A stretch of 29,237 nt of DNA. Source: a virus. Lineage: Duplodnaviria > Caudoviricetes. A program made the position numbers and the translations under genes. Positions 22,153 to 29,237 of this stretch are shown here, piece after piece (position 1 is the first letter of the stretch; every line of letters begins with the position of its first letter). Location of the stretch: the IMG/VR virus record IMGVR_UViG_3300034954_001794, positions 1 to 29,237 of that record. One strand, written 5' to 3'. The notes under the pieces were generated by a model. It did not search any database. It worked only from the letters and a program-made list of their open reading frames with translations, and was not told the origin of the DNA.

Positions 22153-23685
22153 TTAGTTCCACTCAATCTGAGGACTTCCACGACGCATAAGGCCTTGTAC
22201 CACGATATTCAATGAGTCGGCACAGTCATCGTGAGGCGAGTGTCCGAAGTTGACGATCTCATCGACCATGCAACTAAAATCACGGTATTTATTGAAAATA
22301 ATTTTCTTGTGCTCAAAGAGCCCCATAATTCCTCTCAACCTAGCCAGCTTGTCGCCACGGAAACCCTTTACAGGGCTAATGGAGAGGTTGTAGAGCTGCC
22401 ATTCATTGAAGAGGATCCGCTTCATGTCGCCCTCAAAGCTTTTCTGATAGGCGACGACTTCTGGCCAAATGACGACCGGTGACATCGACTTGAAGTAATG
22501 CCCCTCGTCATTGACCTCAAGCAGGTTCCATTCGACCAGTAACTCGCAAAGCGCCTCGATCTTGTCGATGTTTCCCATCGAGCGCATGCGCCGGTAGTCG
22601 ATGACATAAACCTTGTCGTCAACCCGCCCAGCCAGGGTGAAAACGGTCCAGTCATTGCGCTCTGTCATTCCAGCTGACAGATCAATGCCCACTCCGACCG
22701 TGTCATACACATCTGGCACCTCACCTTTGACAAACAGCTCTGGCGAGATGCCCAACTCTGTTGACCTGACTGGTTGGTTCAGGTACTGGTAGCTGAATGC
22801 CACGCGATCATCTGCCTGGAGTTTCAGCAGGTATTTCGCTGACCACATGTCAGGCCAATAAGACTTGGGCCTGCCGTCATCGTCGTAGTGCAGCGCTGAC
22901 TGAGTAATGCACTTCCAACCCTTCTTCTCGGTGAAGATCGTTGCGAAGAGATCGTCAAAGTGGAAACGGGTGCCCAGTGCGATGGCGCGAGCGCCCTGGA
23001 ACATGGTTGGCACGATCACGTTCGTCCAGTTCGTCTCCATCTCCCGGCGGATATCCGGGTTGGCAATGCTTGCTGCACTCTTGATGGCGTCATCCACCAC
23101 GATCAAACTGGATCGCTTCGAGGTGATCGTTCCTTTCAGGCCAGCGCAGGCCACGGTGAATGCGTCCTCGCCTCGGACATCGACTTCAGCAAAGTCCCAG
23201 TCAATGCTCCACAGTTCGTCCGAGGTACGCATCTTGGAAAGGCGCACACAGGGAAAAATCTCCTGATACTCCTTGGAGCAGATCAGGTTCTTGATCGCTG
23301 CGCTTTTGTTCCGAGCGACGTCGACGTTGTATGAAACATAGAGAATCCGAAGCAGCTTCTTTTCGAGAGCATGCCTACCAATCAGCCAGCCAAGCAGTAA
23401 TCCCAGCACGGTGGATTTGGCTGAGCCTCGCGGACTGAGCAGGCAAGTGTTCGGTCCTGCAATGTCGAGCAAGTGTTCGTTGCTCTGCCCAGTCAGGAAT
23501 ACTTTGTGCCATTCCCTCATGTGACGGGCTGGCTTCTTGCCCATCAGCTCGCAGAAGTAGCCGAAGTTCTTTCGCGCCTTAATGACGTGATCCGGTAGCT
23601 CGACCTCTACCTGTTTTTTAACGATGGCCTTTGCTGCGTTCTTGGCAGACCGCAACTTTGCCTGAGAGATCGAGCTTCCTGCCAT
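22153..23685 (-). CDS. terL: Terminase large subunit
   Basis: Walker A-like SPRGSAKST, Walker B LIVVDD, coupling motif GTRFH, YQYLNQP, RNase H-like GIDL and C-terminal HDDCADS. Confidence 0.92.
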   Translation of the reverse strand: MAGSSISQAKLRSAKNAAKAIVKKQVEVELPDHVIKARKNFGYFCELMGKKPARHMREWHKVFLTGQSNEHLLDIAGPNTCLLSPRGSAKSTVLGLLLGWLIGRHALEKKLLRILYVSYNVDVARNKSAAIKNLICSKEYQEIFPCVRLSKMRTSDELWSIDWDFAEVDVRGEDAFTVACAGLKGTITSKRSSLIVVDDAIKSAASIANPDIRREMETNWTNVIVPTMFQGARAIALGTRFHFDDLFATIFTEKKGWKCITQSALHYDDDGRPKSYWPDMWSAKYLLKLQADDRVAFSYQYLNQPVRSTELGISPELFVKGEVPDVYDTVGVGIDLSAGMTERNDWTVFTLAGRVDDKVYVIDYRRMRSMGNIDKIEALCELLVEWNLLEVNDEGHYFKSMSPVVIWPEVVAYQKSFEGDMKRILFNEWQLYNLSISPVKGFRGDKLARLRGIMGLFEHKKIIFNKYRDFSCMVDEIVNFGHSPHDDCADSLNIVVQGLMRRGSPQIEWN

Positions 23686-23762
23686 ATCGCGAATCTATCC
23701 AGTTTTAATAGGCGGCCCCCTAGGGCTAAGTCGTTTTTAGTTGTCGGAAAATTTTCGCCTTA

Positions 23763-24272
23763 TTACTTCTCTTCGCAGAGATCAGCCCAGATGGATTCAA
23801 ACGCCAACTCCAAAGCAGGCATGACTTCTTCTGAGGTTTTGAAGATCATGCGCAAGTCACGCATCACCTTGTCAGCGCCAGACATCACCAGCCCCCTGCG
23901 ATCAAGGCTTTTGGTCAGCTTGTCGACATCCATGACATGACCACGCAGCTCTTTCGACAGGTGAGCAATACGAGTCGCCGCTGCATCAGCTTTGATCAGA
24001 TCTGCCTGGACTTGCTGCCGTAGATAGTCGATATCTCCTTCGAGCTTGACGATCTCAGCGAGCATGATTTCTCGCCGATTCAATTTCGGGAAGGTGCTCT
24101 GAATCCATTTCTCCAGCGCCGGGAATGTGCCCTGGTAGCCGAGGACGCAGGCATAAAGCCAGACCTCGTAGACCGAGTAGGTGTTTTCGGCGTAGGCCAA
24201 AAAGCCCTCGCGATGAGCGTTGTCGAGCGCAGCCAGGAAATCCTGAATCTGGCCCTCAGCGGGTTTTGCCAT
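23763..24272 (-). CDS. Hypothetical protein, candidate terminase small subunit
   Basis: 169-aa helical protein immediately upstream of terL. Function inferred from position only. Confidence 0.45.
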   Translation of the reverse strand: MAKPAEGQIQDFLAALDNAHREGFLAYAENTYSVYEVWLYACVLGYQGTFPALEKWIQSTFPKLNRREIMLAEIVKLEGDIDYLRQQVQADLIKADAAATRIAHLSKELRGHVMDVDKLTKSLDRRGLVMSGADKVMRDLRMIFKTSEEVMPALELAFESIWADLCEEK

Positions 24273-24847
24273 TAGCCGAAGAAGCGAGCGCCGAGCGAGC
24301 GGATTGCTCCACGGGCGTCAGCTCGCATGCCACGCTCTTCTTGGTAACGCTTGCCAATGTTGAGCCTTTCTTGCTGGCCAGCCGTGACGATTCCCTTGCG
24401 ATCCTCGGAGCCCTTCGTCCTCAGGCTCATGCGGGTTTGATCGCCCTGTGCACCAATGTTGAGGCGATCCTGAGCACCCTGTGCGCCAATATTCTCGCGC
24501 TGCTGTGCACCAGTTTCTCTAATGCCAAGGATCTGCTGCTGTCCCTGAGCATTGATGAGGTCTTTCGCGATCCGGCCCTCGACGCCCATGAGCTGGGCCT
24601 GGTTGGCTGTTCTGGTTCCTTCCAGCTGCGTCTGGAGGTCCCCCAGATGGCTGGCCATTGCCTGGTTGTACAACAGCTCCGAACCCATGTTCGCACGGGT
24701 CGTGTAGTTGTCGATCATCGACCCCGCGACGAGTCCACCAATCGCTTCGTTGTCTTTCCACTTGTTAGCGGCCTGACTAAGACCGCTCATCCCTGAGGTG
24801 TACAGATCACCCGCAAGGGTGGCCGGTGTCCATGCTGCGCTACTCAT
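24272..24847 (-). CDS. Putative internal virion protein with 11-residue repeats
   Basis: Likely ATG at 24847 (MSSAAWTP), just after the upstream stop. Seven hendecad repeats such as IGAQGAQDRLN. Confidence 0.65.
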   Translation of the reverse strand: MSSAAWTPATLAGDLYTSGMSGLSQAANKWKDNEAIGGLVAGSMIDNYTTRANMGSELLYNQAMASHLGDLQTQLEGTRTANQAQLMGVEGRIAKDLINAQGQQQILGIRETGAQQRENIGAQGAQDRLNIGAQGDQTRMSLRTKGSEDRKGIVTAGQQERLNIGKRYQEERGMRADARGAIRSLGARFFG

Positions 24848-24851
24848 AGTT

Positions 24852-25373
24852 CTAAGTGAAGAGAATTGCTGCTCCGAGCGCAAGGCTCTTGGCTAGGTCC
24901 ATGACCTGGCCTCTGCCATATAGATCCAGCCCTTTACCCTGAAGGGACCGCGCTGCTGCATCATCTTTGGCGCGATTGTCAATCAGCTTGTTGAAATTAC
25001 CGCTGTCTTGCATTCGCCTGGCTACCGATTCCTTCAGGAAAGGGTCTGACAGTCTCAGTGAATTGGCGACGTATTCACTTTCAGCTCGTGAGCGAGCGTC
25101 ACTGCGAACGTCTTGCCTTTGGCTAAAATCTTCTACTCCAGTCCGCTGGAGGCTTGTGTTTAACTGCTCGATCAGAGGGAGTGTCTTTTCGGCGCCCTCG
25201 ATCTCAATGTCCTGATTTATTCTCCGCTCCTCAGGCGTGGTCTGAGACCTTGATTTGGCATCGTCAGCCATTTTCTGGATCTGTGCCATCGACTGATTGA
25301 AGCGCTCTTTCTGCTCCTTTTCGTCTTTGCCAGCCAGGACGTAATTACTAAAAAACTCAGAAAAATCGTTCAT
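24852..25373 (-). CDS. Hypothetical protein
   Basis: 173-aa charged helical ORF with a hydrophobic C-terminal end. ATGA coupling to the upstream gene. Confidence 0.65.
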   Translation of the reverse strand: MNDFSEFFSNYVLAGKDEKEQKERFNQSMAQIQKMADDAKSRSQTTPEERRINQDIEIEGAEKTLPLIEQLNTSLQRTGVEDFSQRQDVRSDARSRAESEYVANSLRLSDPFLKESVARRMQDSGNFNKLIDNRAKDDAAARSLQGKGLDLYGRGQVMDLAKSLALGAAILFT

Positions 25374-25999
25374 TTTTTCTCCCCTAAGAACTGCTTGTAA
25401 ATGTCCTGGAAAAATGTGTTCAGCGCTGTCGCACTTGCAGTGTTTGGAGCGACTGTGGCTGACTCAAGTTTAGCTGGTTGCTGCACCTGAACCTGGTTCG
25501 CTGGCAGGCTTACTTGCCCTGAGCTGCTTGGCCCTCTACCGGCGTTAAGGCTCTTGTGGGCTTCCTTATACATGAGATCAGGAACCAGCAACGATTGACT
25601 GTCCTGCCTGGATTTATTGGCAATCTGGAAGTTCTGGTTAGCAATCAACTCGTCCCGAGGATCTCGGCCCTTGGAACCAAGGTCAGGGAGCTTCATTCCG
25701 CCGCCAGCCAGCAGGCTCAGCAGTGCTGCCGTCTTGTTTGTCTTCTTGTTTGCCTCCCTGTTTTTATCGTCGCGCTCTGTGTAATAGTCCAGAAGCATTT
25801 GATCGCGAGTTGTAGCACCCATCTCATTCAAAGCCTGCTTGGCCATTGATGATTTCATCGCAAAATCTGCCATTAAAGCTTGCTGCATTGCGTTTGTTGC
25901 AGCAGTGCTTTTGACATTGCGGAAATCCACATTGTCCATGAAGTCCATGGTTCCGCTGTTGTCTGGCCTTATGGCAGATCGGTAAATATTGAATGCCAT
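25370..25999 (-). CDS. Hypothetical protein (possible internal virion protein)
   Basis: 209 aa, coupled at both ends within the operon. Confidence 0.65.
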   Translation of the reverse strand: MAFNIYRSAIRPDNSGTMDFMDNVDFRNVKSTAATNAMQQALMADFAMKSSMAKQALNEMGATTRDQMLLDYYTERDDKNREANKKTNKTAALLSLLAGGGMKLPDLGSKGRDPRDELIANQNFQIANKSRQDSQSLLVPDLMYKEAHKSLNAGRGPSSSGQVSLPANQVQVQQPAKLESATVAPNTASATALNTFFQDIYKQFLGEKK

Positions 26000-26742
26000 C
26001 AGTACAGAGTCTGTTGATTCATCAGAAGCTGGTTGGCGAAGTTCTGCTGGCCAAGTAGTGTTGCAGCATCCAGAGTGTTGCCGAAGTTGTAATCGCGCTG
26101 ATTAATCATGTTCTGGCGCGCCATGTTAATGGCACGGGCATCAGCCATCTCTGCAAACTTCTCCTGCAACGGAAGCACCTGACTCAACCGTTCCATCGCT
26201 AATTGTGTTTTCAATCTCTCGTTTTTGGCGTAATCCTTTCTTTGCTTATCCCCTTCAGTGCCAGTAATCGCGTTATAAATATTTTCACCGATGTTTGCGC
26301 CTGCCTGTCCAGCGCCTTTCTGCACGCCCAGCATGGATGCGACTAGAGGAAAGGCGACTGTGCCAACACCGGGAGCGACAATATTGCCAAGGACTGCCAA
26401 GCCGCCAGTAGTCGCAAGGTCAGCGAGGAAGCGCCCGGTCGCTTGCGAAGTGTCGGTGCCTAATCCTTCTCCATCGAATTCACCCGCCGCGCCCAATGCA
26501 GATGCCAGCAGAGCCGTGCCCGCTAGAGGCACCTTGTTTCTGCCAGCAAAGGCAGCTGCCCTATTCAGAAAACCTGGACTTCCTGCCTTGCCTGACCCAA
26601 AGGCTTTACCCATCTGCTTTCGGTCGTAGCCACCTATCGAGGCCATTAATGATTCGAGCATGCCCGGATCATCGGCAGCGGCCTTCCTGGTGAAGGTATT
26701 GCTAGGGAGGGGTCCGCGAACGCGCCTAGGAACGCTTTGCAT
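25999..26742 (-). CDS. Gly/Ala-rich protein with hydrophobic segments (possible DNA-ejection protein)
   Basis: 247 aa with glycine-zipper-like GGLAVLGNIVAPGVGTVAFPLVASMLG followed by a Q/N-rich helix. AGGA upstream. Confidence 0.65.
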   Translation of the reverse strand: MQSVPRRVRGPLPSNTFTRKAAADDPGMLESLMASIGGYDRKQMGKAFGSGKAGSPGFLNRAAAFAGRNKVPLAGTALLASALGAAGEFDGEGLGTDTSQATGRFLADLATTGGLAVLGNIVAPGVGTVAFPLVASMLGVQKGAGQAGANIGENIYNAITGTEGDKQRKDYAKNERLKTQLAMERLSQVLPLQEKFAEMADARAINMARQNMINQRDYNFGNTLDAATLLGQQNFANQLLMNQQTLY

Positions 26743-26794
26743 GTTTTTCCTGACTACAACAAAACCTTTGAATTTATTCTAAGAGTTCAAATAT

Positions 26795-27253
26795 TCAAAA
26801 ACCTAAGCCACTAATAATTCCGCCAACAGCTGGCCCAACGCCCGGAATAAAGGACGCAGCGGTTCCCAGGACTTTGCTGAATATGCCGCCGCTGCCCGAC
26901 TTTTTGGGTTGACTCCTCTTTGCCATTTTCTCGTACATCTCTGCTCTTTCTTTTGCGGCTTTGCGCCCAGCGATTGCTCCTAGTGCGCCTGTAGCAGCTC
27001 CAATTTCGGCGGCTTGCTGCGCTCCCATTGACCCAAGAATGGAGTCTCTGGCGCTTGTGCTCATCGAAAAGTCATCGCTGCCAAAATCCATTGGCTTTCC
27101 AATAGTGGCTCTATAGTTTCGAGCCGCGCCAAACATATCCTCAGTTGGCGACGTAAAAGAACTCTCCTGGAAAAAGGTTCCTCCGTTACGCTCTTTTTTA
27201 TCAAGGCCGCTAGAGGCGTAGAAGTAATCAAGCGGATCCATTCTGAATGGCAT
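26795..27253 (-). CDS. Hypothetical protein (possible internal virion protein)
   Basis: 152 aa ending VLGTAASFIPGVGPAVGGIISGLGF, a glycine-rich hydrophobic hairpin. Confidence 0.65.
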   Translation of the reverse strand: MPFRMDPLDYFYASSGLDKKERNGGTFFQESSFTSPTEDMFGAARNYRATIGKPMDFGSDDFSMSTSARDSILGSMGAQQAAEIGAATGALGAIAGRKAAKERAEMYEKMAKRSQPKKSGSGGIFSKVLGTAASFIPGVGPAVGGIISGLGF

Positions 27254-27257
27254 TTAT

Positions 27258-27620
27258 CTAATTAAAGAATGTGAATGAGCCTGGTTCAAAGAAGCCGGTG
27301 TAGTTGCTCGTATCAAGTCCCTTAGGTGCTTTGGCAAAATCGCCGTAACCGTCACTCCCACTTCCGCCTCCGCTCCTTAAGATGCTTCTTCCGATGCCGC
27401 CCAAGAGGTCAAGACCTAGGCCCAAGAAATCTGGTCCTGATTTCTCTTGACCACCCTGGCGAGCCTTCAGCCCTGCCTCTTCCATCTCTATATTTGCTCG
27501 CGCATTTTCGAGATAAGTTCTGCCCCGTAAATAGGCTTCGCCCAGCCTTGAATCACCTCCGTAATTAGCAGCCGAAAGCCCACCAAGCAGGTTTTGTCCT
27601 TGTGTCGTTCCGAATGACAT
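27258..27620 (-). CDS. Gly-rich hypothetical protein
   Basis: 120 aa, tightly packed in the operon. Confidence 0.6.
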   Translation of the reverse strand: MSFGTTQGQNLLGGLSAANYGGDSRLGEAYLRGRTYLENARANIEMEEAGLKARQGGQEKSGPDFLGLGLDLLGGIGRSILRSGGGSGSDGYGDFAKAPKGLDTSNYTGFFEPGSFTFFN

Positions 27621-27623
27621 TTC

Positions 27624-28976
27624 TTACGGCTCTTCTTCAGTTGCTGGAGCGCGCCCCTTTAGAGCCCGTCTTAGCGATTCTAAAACGTATCCAGACAGCG
27701 CAGCTCCACCTGTATAAGCGCTGGTGTTGGCAATGATTGATTTGGCAACAGTGTTTTCATTGTTATCAATCATGTCCCGCAAAAGCTTTTTCTCCTTTGC
27801 CAGTTCTGCATCTGAGATGACTGAGTCGGGGTTATTCCTGCGGTCTTCTTCCATTGCCTTGATCGTTTGGCCCTGAATGAATTCATCCTTGTAGCTGCCA
27901 GAGCCTTGCTCTTTGTTTAATCTTTTCGACGCGACCTTGGTCATGCCACGCTTCACTCCACGTCGAGCGCCAACAACGGCTGCGGCCATCGGCAGGAGAC
28001 CGGTCGCCAAGGGGATGCTCTTACCCATGAATGTGACCTCTGGTCCTTGAGGCCCCTCGATCGTTGCCTTCAGTGGTGACATGCCGGAGAACAGGTAATT
28101 CTTGTAGGCGTTGTACTCCTGTCGGCTCACATCAGGCCGTTCCTTTCGGAACTCGTCGTAAGGGAGCAATGCTCCAGATCGTCCCAGGAAGTACCGGCTT
28201 GCCAGCTCCCCTACTGGATTCGAGGTTTGCGTTGGATCGTCTTCGCTTGGCAGCACTGCTTTATATCCAGGCTGTCGCATGAAGTTTCCGACGCCCATCG
28301 ATGCTGCAATCCAGGCAGGTGCCGCTGCTGCCATGCGCAGGTTTCTATTCCTGATGACCGGCGCCTGCCCCCTGAATTTGGCCTGGCCCAGTCCCACTGG
28401 TGCTTCTTCCTGCTGCCTTTTCGTTGCCTGGTTGATCCCCTGGAACATTGCCACCTGGGCAATGGCTTGAGGCGCGTTCAGGAACCACCAGATATTGCGC
28501 ATGCCGTCGCTGGCTAAATCCGCTGCGACAACACCTGCTGCTTGAGCCGCTTTTGCTCGGTAATTACCTGCGCCTGCTGGGGCTTCAAAGCCATCAGGTC
28601 CTAGTGGAATTTTGCCGACTTCAACCGATCTCTCTCGCAGCTCTGGGTTTTTAGCACGCTCCGCAGAAAACTCAGCCAACGCCTCGGCTGGATAGCCGCC
28701 TAAGCCAATACCCTCGACTTTTTTCCTGTACCTCTCGGGCACGAGATCGGCAATGAGCTTGCCTAGCTTGGTATCCCCGGCCTTCTCCGGGAGAATTTGC
28801 CTGGTTACAGCAGCAATCGGCGATGCCGCGAACATCTGTGCAACTGGAGGCCTATCAGCTTGATAATTATATTTTTGCTGCTGAAAGTCTTCGTAGCTCT
28901 TGCCAGATGCTTTGAAGGCTTGCGTAAATATTTTTCCTAGTTCTTCGAGAGTCGGATTGTCGGGTAATTGAGCCAT
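27624..28976 (-). CDS. Hypothetical protein (possible internal virion protein)
   Basis: 450-aa ORF with several Ala-rich hydrophobic stretches. TAATG coupling to the upstream gene. Confidence 0.7.
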   Translation of the reverse strand: MAQLPDNPTLEELGKIFTQAFKASGKSYEDFQQQKYNYQADRPPVAQMFAASPIAAVTRQILPEKAGDTKLGKLIADLVPERYRKKVEGIGLGGYPAEALAEFSAERAKNPELRERSVEVGKIPLGPDGFEAPAGAGNYRAKAAQAAGVVAADLASDGMRNIWWFLNAPQAIAQVAMFQGINQATKRQQEEAPVGLGQAKFRGQAPVIRNRNLRMAAAAPAWIAASMGVGNFMRQPGYKAVLPSEDDPTQTSNPVGELASRYFLGRSGALLPYDEFRKERPDVSRQEYNAYKNYLFSGMSPLKATIEGPQGPEVTFMGKSIPLATGLLPMAAAVVGARRGVKRGMTKVASKRLNKEQGSGSYKDEFIQGQTIKAMEEDRRNNPDSVISDAELAKEKKLLRDMIDNNENTVAKSIIANTSAYTGGAALSGYVLESLRRALKGRAPATEEEP

Positions 28977-29206
28977 TAGAGAAGCTTTCCTCCCGTAGCA
29001 CCTGCGCTAAGCAGTAATGCAATCAACTCTTGTTGAGCCTGGTCTTCAGACATCTGCTGCATGGCCTGGGCTTGAGCCGCTTCTTGTTCCTGGGCTTTTT
29101 TGTACTGATCCTCAGTGATTCGATTCAAAGCGCCCTCGAACACTGGGCGGGGCGCAAACATGTTTACTGGTGCGCCGACCATCACGTCGCCCAAGGTTGC
29201 AGCCAT
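28976..29206 (-). CDS. Hypothetical protein
   Basis: 76-aa Q/A-rich ORF coupled to the downstream gene. Confidence 0.55.
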   Translation of the reverse strand: MAATLGDVMVGAPVNMFAPRPVFEGALNRITEDQYKKAQEQEAAQAQAMQQMSEDQAQQELIALLLSAGATGGKLL

Positions 29207-29237
29207 CGCTTTACCCTCTGGCCCAAGCGGTTTCTTA

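Noticed and set aside
23686-23762. Short palindromes (GAAAATTTTC, GCCC...GGGC) between the candidate terS and terL as a packaging site
   Set aside because: Too short to distinguish from chance, with no supporting evidence.
24125-24796. 223-aa plus-strand ORF
   Set aside because: Antisense to two coupled minus-strand genes, with Arg-rich shadow composition.

Overview
This 29 kb window is the virion morphogenesis region of a tailed dsDNA cyanophage. A picocyanobacterial host is inferred from an hli gene and a CP12-like gene. On the minus strand, reading from the right end: a cluster of Gly/Ala/Gln-rich putative internal virion proteins, a candidate small terminase, terminase large subunit, portal, scaffold-like protein, a 39-aa hli gene absent from the ORF track, and a GH24 lysozyme + M15 peptidase fusion. 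A ~5 kb plus-strand block (12331-17341) follows. It carries two tandem free-standing LAGLIDADG-family genes (the second apparently catalytically dead), a candidate structured ncRNA, an atypical CP12, tail-like proteins including one with two cupredoxin-like copper-site repeats, and small conserved cyanophage genes. The minus strand then resumes with the major capsid protein, a capsid-associated protein, an HhH protein, a putative head-tail adaptor, paralogous coiled-coil proteins, a SWIM-like zinc-finger protein and tail-fibre genes, ending in a LamG/SPRY fibre that runs off the left edge. The most unusual elements are the LAGLIDADG pair + structured RNA + palindrome locus facing the capsid promoter, and an apparent frame discontinuity at the overlapping portal/scaffold junction. 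All family assignments come from motif recognition by eye; no searches were run.
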